A stretch of 64,000 nt of DNA from Flavobacteriales bacterium DA487 (GTDB lineage: Bacteria > Bacteroidota > Bacteroidia > Flavobacteriales_D > Sanyastnellaceae): NCBI GenBank assembly GCA_049334165.1, contig JBEGHD010000004.1. One strand, written 5' to 3'. Both the position numbers and the translations under genes were made by a program. Under the pieces are notes generated by a model. That model was not told where the DNA came from. It saw nothing but the letters and a program-made list of their open reading frames with translations, and searched no databases. Below are positions 50,608 through 61,570 of this stretch, piece after piece. How positions within the stretch are numbered: position 1 is the stretch's first letter; every line of letters begins with the position of its first letter.

Positions 50608-52992
50608 ATGAAGAAGTTCCTCAGAATTTTCTTGTGGGTCGTGTTTTTCGCGCTGATACTGGCAGGAGGAACATGGATCTACCTGGCATCGATCACTCCA
50701 AATTACAGCGGAGAAGTACAGCTCAATACGCTGGACAAAGACTCCAAAGTAACTTTTGATCAATGGGGCATTCCTCACATCGAAGCCGAAAGCGAGGAAG
50801 ATCTCTATCGAACTTTTGGCTACGTTCACGCCAGTGAGCGGCTTTTTCAAATGGAGCTCATGCGAAGGGTTGGCAGTGGCACTCTCTCCGAAGTACTGGG
50901 AGAAGACCTATTGAATGCGGATGTTTTGTTCAGAACTCTCGGTGTTCCAAGAATAGCCAGAGAAAATGCAAACCGCATTGAGCAAAATCATGCAAATGAA
51001 AAGTACTTCCGTATGCTTCAGGCGTATCTGGATGGAGTAAACAGCTTTATTGAAAACGGCCCAAAACCCATCGAATTCAGTTTGATGGGCATTCCTAAAA
51101 AGAAATTCACCACTTACGACATTTATTGCATTGCCGGCTACATGGCGTTCAGCTTTAATCTGGGTACTCGTACAGACCCTCTCGTGAACAGCATTTACCA
51201 TCAACACGGGGAAAGTTATTTGACCGACCTTGGCTGGTACGATGTCGATACTGCATTTGTAGACACCATCTACAATCGGAACTTCAAAAAGTATTCTTCC
51301 ATTTCCAGCGAAGTACAAACGATCATAGACAAGCTACCGGTAGTGCCATTTATGGGTAGCAACGGCTGGGCGATTTCAGGAGATAAGACAGAATCGGGAA
51401 AAGTGATGCTTTCTAACGACACGCACATTGGCTATTCGCAGCCCGCAGTTTGGTATGAGGCTCATCTCTCCTGCCCTAATTTCGATTTCTACGGAAATTT
51501 CCTGGGTGGAATTCCATTTGCACTTGTTGGCCACAATCGCGACATCGCATGGGGTTTGACAATTTTGGAAGAAGACGACTGTGACTTTTATCGCGAAACA
51601 TTCGAATCTGAAAATTCAAACCGCTACAAAAGCCGTAGCGACTGGCTCGATGCTGAAGTTTTCACCGACACGATCAAGGTAAAAGGCGCCAACGACACCA
51701 TCATTCAAACCAAAGTAACGCACCACGGTCCTGTAGTGAACGGAGCTTTCGATCAGATTTCTTCTGACCAACCGGTTTCCTTTTGGTGGAACTACCACAA
51801 GTTTGAGAACGACCTGTTGAGTGTTTTTTATGAAATCAACCACTCGCAAAACCTGGAGAACACTCAGAAGCAAGTGAGTCGGATTCACGGGCCGGGACTT
51901 AACTTCATTTATGGTGATGGCGATGGCAACATTGCCTGGTGGGGCGCCACTCGCCTGCTCGACCGACCGGATCATGTGAAGGGCAAGCTATTCCTCGATG
52001 GAGCATCCGGAAACGATGAACCACTCGGTTACCTACCTTTCTCAATGAATCCGCAGCAGGTGAATCCTACATCGGGGTTTGTTTACTCGGCAAACGATCA
52101 GCCGCAACTGCCGGATTCTTCCTTTTATCCGGGTTACTACAAACCAAAGCAAAGAGCGCTTCGGATCAGGCAGCTGCTTGACCCTGTAAATGACTGGAAC
52201 ACCGAGAAAATGAAAGATGTGATCACTGATGTGACTTCACCGATCGACTCAGATCTGTCGAAATATCTCTATGAGCAACTTCGCGGTTCTGGAGACTTTT
52301 CACCTGAAGAAGCACGTGCCTTGAGCCTGCTGATTTGGGATGGCGATCATTCTATCGAAAACACCTCTCCCTCACTTTACTATAGATTGCTCGAGCGAAT
52401 TATCCACGGAGCGCTTGCTGATGAACTTTCGGAAGATGAGTACAACCTAATGCTTAAAACGCACCTGGTGAAAGGAGCCTACCCGAAGCTTCTCAGAAAC
52501 TCAGAGTCTATTTGGTGGGATAATGTAAATACTTCTGAAAAAGAAACCAGAGAGGAAATCCTCAGAAAGGCTTATGCAGATGCAGTAGAATCTCTGGCAA
52601 ATCAATTTGGTGATAATCCCGAAAACTGGACCTGGGGCAAGCTACACACATTGGAGCTCGAGCACCCTATTGGGAAAGTAGACTTATTAAAACCTTTCTT
52701 TAATGTCGCTCCCGAACCCACTCAAGGCGGCTACGAAACAGTGAATCAGGCCGATTTTCTGCTGGATAATGACGGAAAGTTTCAGGTGAAAGCCGGTCCG
52801 CAGATGCGCATCATCATCGATTTTGAGGACATCACTAAATCGTTGAGCATTTCTCCAAGTGGACAGTCCGGACACTTTTTTAGCGACCACTACTCCGACC
52901 AGGCCGAGATGTATCGCAACGGTGAGTTCAGAGAGCAGTTGATGAAAGTTCCTGATGAAAACACCTCAATAAAGTTTTTCAGAGCAAAGTAA
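50608..52992 (+). CDS. penicillin acylase family (Ntn-hydrolase) protein, possibly an acyl-homoserine-lactone acylase
   Basis: Signal/TM anchor. FGYVHASERLFQMELMRR alpha-subunit motif. GSNGWAISG beta-subunit N-terminal Ser nucleophile. Confidence 0.8.
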   Translation: MKKFLRIFLWVVFFALILAGGTWIYLASITPNYSGEVQLNTLDKDSKVTFDQWGIPHIEAESEEDLYRTFGYVHASERLFQMELMRRVGSGTLSEVLGEDLLNADVLFRTLGVPRIARENANRIEQNHANEKYFRMLQAYLDGVNSFIENGPKPIEFSLMGIPKKKFTTYDIYCIAGYMAFSFNLGTRTDPLVNSIYHQHGESYLTDLGWYDVDTAFVDTIYNRNFKKYSSISSEVQTIIDKLPVVPFMGSNGWAISGDKTESGKVMLSNDTHIGYSQPAVWYEAHLSCPNFDFYGNFLGGIPFALVGHNRDIAWGLTILEEDDCDFYRETFESENSNRYKSRSDWLDAEVFTDTIKVKGANDTIIQTKVTHHGPVVNGAFDQISSDQPVSFWWNYHKFENDLLSVFYEINHSQNLENTQKQVSRIHGPGLNFIYGDGDGNIAWWGATRLLDRPDHVKGKLFLDGASGNDEPLGYLPFSMNPQQVNPTSGFVYSANDQPQLPDSSFYPGYYKPKQRALRIRQLLDPVNDWNTEKMKDVITDVTSPIDSDLSKYLYEQLRGSGDFSPEEARALSLLIWDGDHSIENTSPSLYYRLLERIIHGALADELSEDEYNLMLKTHLVKGAYPKLLRNSESIWWDNVNTSEKETREEILRKAYADAVESLANQFGDNPENWTWGKLHTLELEHPIGKVDLLKPFFNVAPEPTQGGYETVNQADFLLDNDGKFQVKAGPQMRIIIDFEDITKSLSISPSGQSGHFFSDHYSDQAEMYRNGEFREQLMKVPDENTSIKFFRAK

Positions 52993-53047
52993 ATTGCTTC
53001 AGGATTTCGTATCTTCATAGCTTGTAATAAACCGACAACTGAACCTG

Positions 53048-55432
53048 ATGATAAGGCAGATTCTTCTTGTGTTTGCTGTTCTTAATCCATTTCTAGTATT
53101 CAGCCAAACTTTCGTCAATGTAGCCGAACAACAAGGCATTGATATTTCTGTGAGCGATAATGAATACGGTGGTGGAGTCAGTTTTTATGATTTCAACAAA
53201 GACGGTTGGGACGACCTGACTTTTAGTGAAACTAACGGATACATCGAAATATACCTCAATCAGGCCGGTGTGCTCCAACAGCTGCCAAACAGTATTTATG
53301 GCTATGGAAAAACCAAGCACGTGCTATGGGTCGATTTTGACAATGATGGCGACTCCGATCTTCTGGTTACTGCAGACATGTCCCCACTTCGATTGTTTGA
53401 AAACACAGGTAATTTCAATTTTGTAGATATTACTGAAAACACTGGTCTATCCCAGGTGCTTGCTCATACCCATGGAGCCTCTTTCGGGGACTTCAACAAT
53501 GATGGTCTTCTGGACTTGTACCTTTCAAATTATGAATTCATCGGTGAAGTCGACAACCCAGCAGATTATTACAAACTCAATAAACTTTACAGAAACAACG
53601 GTGACGGAACATTTACCGATATCACTTTACAAGCTGGAGTCGAAGATGGGATCACAATGTCATTCGGCAGCGTTTGGATCGATTATGACAAAGATGGCTG
53701 GCAGGATATTTACGTCATAAACGATAAAACCGACAACAACACACTGTATCACAACAATGGGGACGGAACTTTTAGTGATGTAAGCACCATTTCTCTTGCA
53801 GGGATTGTAATTGATGCGATGACAGCCACTGTGGGAGACTATAACAATGATGCAGAATTAGATATCTACGTCACCAACACTCCTGGAGGTAATAGACTGC
53901 TTAGAGGAAATACAGGGGATTCATTTACTGATGTAAGTGAGAGTATTGGAGACATACTTGACGGTTATTCCTGGGGTGCTGTTTGGATCGATTATGACAA
54001 CAATGGATTTGAAGATCTTTATGTTGCTACCTACAACCCCTCTTTACCACCTCAAGAAAATGAGTTTTACGTGAATGATGGAAATGGCAGTTTTACAAAT
54101 GACAACAGCATTTTCTACCAGGGAAACACAGCGAAAAGCGTTTGTCCTGCAATCGGTGATCTTAACAACGATGGATTTTCGGACATTGCTGTTCACAATC
54201 TGGCCCCCAATCCAGCAATAGTCTGGCGAAACCTGAATAACGGGAGCAACTTTTTGAAAGTCACACTTGAAGGAGTGGTAAGCAATAGAGATGGAATTGG
54301 CTCCTGGATCACTGTTTATTGTGGTGACGATGCATTTACAAAGTATACCATGTGTGGTCAAAATTACCTGGGTCAGGACTCTCAGCACAAGATTTTTGGT
54401 TTAGGTTCCCATACTGTAGTAGATTCTGTGAAAGTGGAGTGGCTTAGCGGTATGGTAGACAACTTTTACGGTTTGGAAGCTAATCAGAGCATAACAATTG
54501 CAGAAGGAAGCTCTATCTCCCCGGAAATCACATTTGATGGCGATGCATCTATCTGCTCGGGTGACACTCTCACCTTGAATCTTGCAGGTTGGAGCAATGT
54601 ATCCTGGTCGAACGGATCAACAAGTGAGACAATTCTAGTAAATGAACCAGGACAGTACTCAGCTGAAGTTGAATATCTGGGTATGACTTTCCTTTCTGAT
54701 ACAGTAATGGTAGAGGTTCTTCCTCCACCAGCAATTGATTACCAAATCGATAACGTTAGCTGTTTTGGTTTCGACAACGGTCAGGTGAGTATTTCTAACA
54801 ACAGTGGAATGGGAATAGATACGGTGATCTGGCAAAATCCTGATTTTTCCGGAACTGTAGCCAGTAACTTGTCCCCTGGCCTGTATCAGGTTGAAGTAAT
54901 CGACATGAACGGTTGTAGATTGTCATCTGCTTTCGAAATTGAAGAACCAGACTCAATTTATGCCGAATTAACTACCACTGATCAAATTGACGGTTTTCCT
55001 GGAACTGCCGAAATTCTTTCAATTACCGGAGGCGTCTCACCCTACTTCATTTTCTGGTCCAACGGTCTTGAACAGGAGACAGCTATCGAAGGGCTTATTC
55101 CAGACAATTATTTCCTGCAGATCACTGACACACAAAATTGCACAGACACCACATTTTTTACTATCTCAAATTTGACAGGACTACCCAACTACAGTCGATC
55201 GACAATTAGCATTCATCCAAATCCTGCAATCGATCATGTAACTGTGCAAAACCTTTCGAATGCACGAGAAATCAGGGTATTTCACTCTTCTGGAGAAGAA
55301 GTTGCTAAACAACTAATCTCTCGAGAAATCCGAAGAACAACAGTGAACCTAGAAGAATTACCCCCAGGGCTATACTTCCTACATGTCTTATCTAAAAATG
55401 AGCAGGCCTATTTCAGATTGATCATTCAATAA
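53048..55432 (+). CDS. CRTAC1/ASPIC-UnbV family protein with FG-GAP/VCBS-like repeats, SprB-like repeat and T9SS C-terminal sorting domain (paralog 1)
   Basis: Signal peptide. DFDNDGDSDL-type repeats. UnbV_ASPIC block (NLNNGSNFLKVTLEGVVSNRDGIGSWITVY...GQNYLGQDS). CFGFDNGQVS SprB-like motif. C-terminal IHPNPAIDHVTV...YFLHV T9SS signal. Confidence 0.75.
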   Translation: MIRQILLVFAVLNPFLVFSQTFVNVAEQQGIDISVSDNEYGGGVSFYDFNKDGWDDLTFSETNGYIEIYLNQAGVLQQLPNSIYGYGKTKHVLWVDFDNDGDSDLLVTADMSPLRLFENTGNFNFVDITENTGLSQVLAHTHGASFGDFNNDGLLDLYLSNYEFIGEVDNPADYYKLNKLYRNNGDGTFTDITLQAGVEDGITMSFGSVWIDYDKDGWQDIYVINDKTDNNTLYHNNGDGTFSDVSTISLAGIVIDAMTATVGDYNNDAELDIYVTNTPGGNRLLRGNTGDSFTDVSESIGDILDGYSWGAVWIDYDNNGFEDLYVATYNPSLPPQENEFYVNDGNGSFTNDNSIFYQGNTAKSVCPAIGDLNNDGFSDIAVHNLAPNPAIVWRNLNNGSNFLKVTLEGVVSNRDGIGSWITVYCGDDAFTKYTMCGQNYLGQDSQHKIFGLGSHTVVDSVKVEWLSGMVDNFYGLEANQSITIAEGSSISPEITFDGDASICSGDTLTLNLAGWSNVSWSNGSTSETILVNEPGQYSAEVEYLGMTFLSDTVMVEVLPPPAIDYQIDNVSCFGFDNGQVSISNNSGMGIDTVIWQNPDFSGTVASNLSPGLYQVEVIDMNGCRLSSAFEIEEPDSIYAELTTTDQIDGFPGTAEILSITGGVSPYFIFWSNGLEQETAIEGLIPDNYFLQITDTQNCTDTTFFTISNLTGLPNYSRSTISIHPNPAIDHVTVQNLSNAREIRVFHSSGEEVAKQLISREIRRTTVNLEELPPGLYFLHVLSKNEQAYFRLIIQ

Positions 55433-55528
55433 CTCTGCCTAAACCATCGGTGTATTTTTTTTTATTAAGGAATTGTTAACTACCTGATTAATCACTATCT
55501 TTAAGTCTTACCTTGACTAACATCGATT

Positions 55529-57955
55529 ATGCTTACTTACCTAACCTCAGTGCTTTCTAGGCATCTGAAACACTTGTCGTGCTGCGCTGTTGCGACTATT
55601 CTGACATTCGCATGTCCTTCTATTCATGCACAGACTTTCACTAATGTCACTGCAGAAAACTTCATTAACGTTGAAAACAGCGGTGCTACTTTTGGCAATG
55701 GAGTAAGTTTCGCTGACTTCGATCAGGATGGTTGGGACGATCTCTCGTTTGGCACTCAAACTGGAAACCCTGTTTTTTATAAAAATGCAGGAGGCAGTTT
55801 TTACGAACTGTCTCTGAATGTGGATATTGAAGAAAACAGTGCTATAAAAGCGATTCAATGGGTTGACTTTGACAATGATGGCGATCTTGACCTCTTCATT
55901 ACCAGGGAGCATAAATCTGTCTTACTCTTCGAAAACACCGGAGAATTGAACCTGGTAGAGATCACTGAAGAAGCAGGGTTTGCAATACAAATGGTCCGTA
56001 ACTACGGTGCATCGTGGGGTGATTACGACAAGGATGGTGATCTGGATGTTTACATCTGTAAGTATCACAACCCCACGGTAAGTCAGGGATATGAATACAC
56101 CAATCACCTTTATGAAAATAATGGTGATGGCACGTTCACAGATGTTACTACAGTTGCTGGTGTGGGAGATGGCATTAAGGCTTCCTTTCAATCAATTTTC
56201 TTCGATTACAACAATGATGGCTGGGAGGATATCTATGTCATCAACGATAGGCTATCTTTCGCCAATACATTGTTTCACAACAATGGTGATGGCACTTTCA
56301 CTGATGTGTCGGCTGCTTCAGGAGCAGATGTAATTATGGATGCCATGACGGTTTCAGTAGCCGACTTCGATCGCGATGAGGATTTTGACATTTACATCAC
56401 TGACACCTACATCAGCAGGCTCTTAAAAAACAATGGCAACGGTACATTTTCTGATGTGGCTGCCGAATACGATCTTCAGGTTTTTCAGGAAAGTTGGTCA
56501 GCACTATGGATGGATTACGACAACAACATGTATGAAGATCTTCATGTGGCGAATATCAACAATGTCAGTACGATAAATTTTCAAAATCATTTTTACGAAG
56601 CCGAAGATGGTGTGTTTACCTGTGTACACAATGAAATCGGATTGGAAGATGATGACTTCGGCACTTTTTCTACTGCTCTGGGTGACATCAACAACGATGG
56701 TTTTCCAGATTTTGTGGAGAATAATCAAGAAACAGCACCTTGCCAGCTGTGGCAAAATTCGGGGGGTAGTCAATCGTGGTTAAAAGTGGATCTTGAAGGA
56801 GTACTGAGTAATTCGAAAGGAGTTGGAAGCCTTATAAAGGTTTACGTTAACGATGTGGTTCAACTTAGGTATGTTCACCTCGGAGAAGCCTATCTTTCTC
56901 AGGCTACGAGTCGAGAAATGATTGGATTGAAAAACAACGATTCAGCAGACTCTCTTCACGTTTACTGGCCAAGTGGAATTGTAGACAGATATTATGACGT
57001 TGAAGCAAACCAGACACTGCACCCGATAGAAGGAGAAACACTACAGGCTACAATCGTGAGTAATGGTCAGACTGGTATTTGCCCTGGCGACAGCGTCTTG
57101 CTTTCTGTATCCAGCGGAGAAGACTTTTTATGGTCAAATGGTGTTACGAGCCAATCTCAATGGGTTACTGCCGGATCTTATTACGCCTTCACAACGATCG
57201 AAGGAATAACAGTGACTACCGACACTTTTGTGGTGAACAATCTGCCTCCACCAGCCATTCAAGCTACAATCACAGACGTTTCCTGCTTTGGTGAAAGTGA
57301 CGGCTCCGTTTTATTAACAAACCAAAATGGATTTGGTGTTGACCAGGTGATCTGGGATATCGGCCCTACAGGGGAATTCCTCGAAGGGCTACCGGCCGGC
57401 AATTATCAGTATTCATTTTATGATAATAACAGATGTCAAACTGAAGGGCTTATAACTATAGACGAGCCCCCATTGCTCGAAGTTGAACTCGAAGTTGAAG
57501 ACCAAAGTGAGGAAGGAAATGGCACTGCTTTAGTTACGGTTTCCGGAGGTACTCTTCCCTACTCCATATTCTGGTCTGTTGGTGATAGCAATATGATTTT
57601 TGTTGACGACTTGCTTCCTGGAGAGCATAATGTGCAGGTGGTTGATGCCAACGGCTGTTCAGAATTTCTCACATTTTTGGTAGACGAATATGTCGGTATT
57701 CCTGGATACGGAGTGAATGAAAAGATTAATGTTTACCCTAACCCATTTAACACTCTGATTAATGTTAACTCTCAAGAACCGATTCTCAAAATGAAGCTCA
57801 CTTCCACAGCAGGAAAAGTTGTCGCCCAAATGTTCCAGACCAATGGAAGCAAAAGGAAGCAGACACTCAACCTGAGTCAAATCCCCTCTGGTCTTTACTT
57901 TTTAATAATTGAGTTGGAGTCAGGAAAAAGGCAGTTCAAAGTGATCAAAAACTAA
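55529..57955 (+). CDS. CRTAC1/ASPIC-UnbV family T9SS protein (paralog 2)
   Basis: Same architecture as paralog 1. C-terminal VYPNPFNTLINV...YFLII. Confidence 0.75.
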   Translation: MLTYLTSVLSRHLKHLSCCAVATILTFACPSIHAQTFTNVTAENFINVENSGATFGNGVSFADFDQDGWDDLSFGTQTGNPVFYKNAGGSFYELSLNVDIEENSAIKAIQWVDFDNDGDLDLFITREHKSVLLFENTGELNLVEITEEAGFAIQMVRNYGASWGDYDKDGDLDVYICKYHNPTVSQGYEYTNHLYENNGDGTFTDVTTVAGVGDGIKASFQSIFFDYNNDGWEDIYVINDRLSFANTLFHNNGDGTFTDVSAASGADVIMDAMTVSVADFDRDEDFDIYITDTYISRLLKNNGNGTFSDVAAEYDLQVFQESWSALWMDYDNNMYEDLHVANINNVSTINFQNHFYEAEDGVFTCVHNEIGLEDDDFGTFSTALGDINNDGFPDFVENNQETAPCQLWQNSGGSQSWLKVDLEGVLSNSKGVGSLIKVYVNDVVQLRYVHLGEAYLSQATSREMIGLKNNDSADSLHVYWPSGIVDRYYDVEANQTLHPIEGETLQATIVSNGQTGICPGDSVLLSVSSGEDFLWSNGVTSQSQWVTAGSYYAFTTIEGITVTTDTFVVNNLPPPAIQATITDVSCFGESDGSVLLTNQNGFGVDQVIWDIGPTGEFLEGLPAGNYQYSFYDNNRCQTEGLITIDEPPLLEVELEVEDQSEEGNGTALVTVSGGTLPYSIFWSVGDSNMIFVDDLLPGEHNVQVVDANGCSEFLTFLVDEYVGIPGYGVNEKINVYPNPFNTLINVNSQEPILKMKLTSTAGKVVAQMFQTNGSKRKQTLNLSQIPSGLYFLIIELESGKRQFKVIKN

Positions 57956-57956
57956 A

Positions 57957-60356
57957 TTGATGATTCATTCACTTCTTGGTCGGCAAGCAATCAGTAAATA
58001 CCTCAAGCGGCTTTCATGTTGTTTGATACTTACCTGCCTTTTGTCCAATGAAGTTTATTCTCAGCAGTTTTTTAATGACATCACCAACGGCAGTAATGTA
58101 ATCCATTCTTTTGATGCCGAGTATGGTGGAGGTGCAAGCTTTGTAGATTTTGATGATGACGGCTGGGACGACCTCACGGTTTGCGATAATGATGGCATCA
58201 AGTTCTTCAAGAACGACAGCGGACAGTTTTCACTGATTACGCCTCCTGTGAACTTAGAAAGTGCGTACAAACAAGTCACCTGGGTTGATTTCGACAATGA
58301 TGGTGATAAGGATCTCTTTTGCAGCGGTGAGTATGTTCCTTTTCGACTTTTTGAAAGAATCGCTGATTTCACTTTTGAAGAAATCACCGTTGAGTCAGGA
58401 CTTCCATCAACCAATGCACGCACCAACGGCCATTCATGGGGGGATTACAACAAAGATGGATTACTCGATTTGTTCATTTGTAACTACGATCATCAATCTT
58501 ACTCCAATTGGATCTTTAAAAACAATGGCGATGGCACCTTCACCGACAAAACTGTTGAGTTGGGTTTTGACGAGGAGTTAGAGTTTTCTTTTCAATCGGT
58601 TTTTCTCGACTACAACAATGATGGATGGCAGGATCTTTTGGTGATAAACGATAAAACATTCCATCCAAACAGGCTTTATAAAAATGAATATGGGACTTTC
58701 GTAGATGTGACCATCGCTTCGGGTCTTCACTATCAGGTAAACGCAATGAGCAACACTGTAGCGGACTACAACAATGACGGGTTGCAAGATATCTTTATAT
58801 CTGATGCTAATAACAACCTGCTTCACAAAAACAATGGTGATGGCACTTTCGAAGAAATTGCTCAGTCAGCGGGACTCTCCAACATTGGCTTCACCTGGGG
58901 CGGATTGTTTGTTGATGTAGACAACAATGCTCTTCTCGATCTGATAATATGCTCTTCAAAAGAAATTGCACAGAGCGGCAGAAACAGATTGTTTATGAAT
59001 GATGGTGATGACTCATTCACTCTAAACAATATTTCGGGACTGGGAAATCAATTGACAGACTCATATTGTCCAATAAGTGGCGATATTGACAACGATGGAT
59101 TTTCAGATGTCTTCATTACAGGAGGTAATGAGGACCTTTCTGTTGTGATGAAAAACCTTGGAAATGGTGGTAATTACCTCAAATTAACACTGGAAGGTGT
59201 GATCAGCAACCGAGATGGAATAGGCTCCAGAATTGAGCTTTGGACCGATTCCGTAAAGCAAACGAAATATACCCTATGCGGTGAAGGATACCTCGGACAA
59301 AATAGCAATAACATGATTTTTGGCCTGGGATCAGCAACCACCGTAGACTCTCTCAAAGTTACCTGGCTCAGTGGAGTGATTGATAAAATCTATAATCTTC
59401 CTCCAAATCAAGATATCGAAATAGTCGAAGGACAATCACTGAGTAACCAAATAGTGGTAGATGGTGAACTTTCGCTTTGCGATGGCGATTCTACACTTCT
59501 CATTGCAGGAGATTTTGAAAGTTTTCTATGGAACACCGGAGACACAACTTCTTCTATCTCAGTCAGTTCAAATGGCGATTTCTCAGTTGCTGTAATTGAT
59601 AGCTTTGGGTTTGAAATTCATTCAGACACCGTGAATATAGCTCATCACCCTAACCCGTTGATTTCTCCTACTGTCGAACATGTATCGTGCTTTGGCAATG
59701 ATGACGGGGCAATTTCACTGCAAAACCTGTCTGGTTCTCCTGTCGACACCTGCATTTGGAACAACGAAATATCGGGAACTGCAATAGACTCACTTCCTCC
59801 TGGCCAGTACAATTATGAATTCATAGATATCTATGGGTGCTCAGCATCTGGCACTCTAAGCATAGCTGAGCCCTACCCACTTAAGCTTACGGCTAACACG
59901 ACAAATCAAGTCGGGGACGAGGCTGGAAGTGCTGAGGTTTTTATCAATGGTGGCACTTCTCCCTACTCTGTCTACTGGAGCAACGGAGCTGAGAACACAC
60001 TCTTGCAAGACAGCCTGGAGGCAGGTTTTTATGGTGTCTGGGTGGTGGACACAAATGGTTGCAAAGAGTACGAAATCTTGTTCATCGACTTTATTCAATC
60101 TCTTGCAAGTCCTGATGCTGAAAAAGTAAAAGCGTACCCCAATCCAGTTTCGAGTAATCTAAAAATCGAAAACCTACCTTTAGGAACCAGATTAGTAGAA
60201 GTCACTAACGTGGACGGCAGATCATTGATTAGCAAAGTAGCAACTACAAAGAGATCTTCTCTCACTGTCGATCTAAACAATTTGTCTAGCGGAGTTTATT
60301 TCCTCAAAATTTATCATCAGACTGGCATTTTTACAAAGCAGATAATCAAACACTGA
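57957..60356 (+). CDS. CRTAC1/ASPIC-UnbV family T9SS protein (paralog 3)
   Basis: Same architecture. C-terminal AYPNPVSSNLKI...YFLKI. Start 1 nt after the paralog 2 stop. Confidence 0.75.
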   Translation: MMIHSLLGRQAISKYLKRLSCCLILTCLLSNEVYSQQFFNDITNGSNVIHSFDAEYGGGASFVDFDDDGWDDLTVCDNDGIKFFKNDSGQFSLITPPVNLESAYKQVTWVDFDNDGDKDLFCSGEYVPFRLFERIADFTFEEITVESGLPSTNARTNGHSWGDYNKDGLLDLFICNYDHQSYSNWIFKNNGDGTFTDKTVELGFDEELEFSFQSVFLDYNNDGWQDLLVINDKTFHPNRLYKNEYGTFVDVTIASGLHYQVNAMSNTVADYNNDGLQDIFISDANNNLLHKNNGDGTFEEIAQSAGLSNIGFTWGGLFVDVDNNALLDLIICSSKEIAQSGRNRLFMNDGDDSFTLNNISGLGNQLTDSYCPISGDIDNDGFSDVFITGGNEDLSVVMKNLGNGGNYLKLTLEGVISNRDGIGSRIELWTDSVKQTKYTLCGEGYLGQNSNNMIFGLGSATTVDSLKVTWLSGVIDKIYNLPPNQDIEIVEGQSLSNQIVVDGELSLCDGDSTLLIAGDFESFLWNTGDTTSSISVSSNGDFSVAVIDSFGFEIHSDTVNIAHHPNPLISPTVEHVSCFGNDDGAISLQNLSGSPVDTCIWNNEISGTAIDSLPPGQYNYEFIDIYGCSASGTLSIAEPYPLKLTANTTNQVGDEAGSAEVFINGGTSPYSVYWSNGAENTLLQDSLEAGFYGVWVVDTNGCKEYEILFIDFIQSLASPDAEKVKAYPNPVSSNLKIENLPLGTRLVEVTNVDGRSLISKVATTKRSSLTVDLNNLSSGVYFLKIYHQTGIFTKQIIKH

Positions 60357-60443
60357 AAAATTTCTCATCGGTTCTATTAACCGATTGCAAAAGAACTTCA
60401 AGCGAAGTATATTTGGAACTCCGACAACCTTTTTGAAACAGCT

Positions 60444-61484
60444 ATGCTGGTCCAAACTTATTTTCCAAATACGCTGGCGCCCGCCAGATATGACTACTAC
60501 CTGGCTTCAGGCTGGTTTAGAGGGTCGGTGATGCTCTACAAAATGGAACTTCTTTGCCTCGACAATGACATTTTCTCCGTGGTAAATATTCGGCTGAACA
60601 CAGGAGACTTCGAAATGAAGAAGCGCCACCGCAAGCTATTCAAGAAAAACAACAAGAAGTACACAGTCAAAGTAAGTGAGGCCTCTATAAGCTCCAGAAA
60701 AGAAGACCTGTACGAAAAGCAAAAACACAAATTCAAAGGCTTTATCCATAGTTCACTATCAGACTTTTTGCATGCAGGATTCATGGATACAGTGTTCGAT
60801 ACCAAACAGGTTGAAGTCTACGATGGTGAAGAACTGGTTGCTGTTAGCTATTTTGATGTCGGATTTAGAAGCATGGCCAGCCTGCTCTGCCTTTACGACA
60901 AGGATTACAGTAAAGACAGCCTCGGGATTTTTACCATGCTTCATGAAGTTGAATACGCAAAAGACCAGGGTATTCACTGGTACTACCCAGGCTATGTACT
61001 AGACAAAAGCTCTTCGTTCGATTACAAGCTGGGGCTTGGTGAATATGAGTTTTACCACACCAATAAAAAGTGGCTGCCGTTTAGTGAATTTGACCCTGCC
61101 AAAACCCTCGGCAGCAAGTTGATGACGGAAACCAGAAGTCTGTCCGAAGAGCTAAACAGGTTTGGTTTAAAGCACAAAATGTACCTCTATCCTTTTTTCT
61201 CGATGGGATTTATGAATAGTTGGGATGTCGATTTTTTGAGATATCCTGTTTTCTTGCACATCGATCAAATTGGAGATCAATCGACCATTGTGGTCTACTG
61301 CACTGATGAAAAGGCCTTTAAAGTTTTGCTCGTGGATAGCAACGAAAAACATCAGAGTTTGGTGAATATCGAAATCAGCAATGAGTTGGCACAGAGCGAA
61401 AACTACTTCCGAAAGCTGATCGCTACCGATGATCTTTTGCTAACTAGCAGTAGCAAACGACAGATCGCTGAGTTCCTCACGTGA
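60444..61484 (+). CDS. hypothetical protein, weak resemblance to aminoacyl-tRNA-protein transferase (ATE/Bpt C-domain-like)
   Basis: 346 aa. GIHWYYPGYVLDKSSSFDYKLGLGEYEFY region is loosely ATE_C-like. Speculative. Confidence 0.35.
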   Translation: MLVQTYFPNTLAPARYDYYLASGWFRGSVMLYKMELLCLDNDIFSVVNIRLNTGDFEMKKRHRKLFKKNNKKYTVKVSEASISSRKEDLYEKQKHKFKGFIHSSLSDFLHAGFMDTVFDTKQVEVYDGEELVAVSYFDVGFRSMASLLCLYDKDYSKDSLGIFTMLHEVEYAKDQGIHWYYPGYVLDKSSSFDYKLGLGEYEFYHTNKKWLPFSEFDPAKTLGSKLMTETRSLSEELNRFGLKHKMYLYPFFSMGFMNSWDVDFLRYPVFLHIDQIGDQSTIVVYCTDEKAFKVLLVDSNEKHQSLVNIEISNELAQSENYFRKLIATDDLLLTSSSKRQIAEFLT

Positions 61485-61570
61485 GTCCTATTTTTGAGAA
61501 AGTGGATCGACTTTAATTGTTCAGCGCAGATTAAAGTTTCATTTTTGCCCGAGCAACTTTTTACTCTGCC

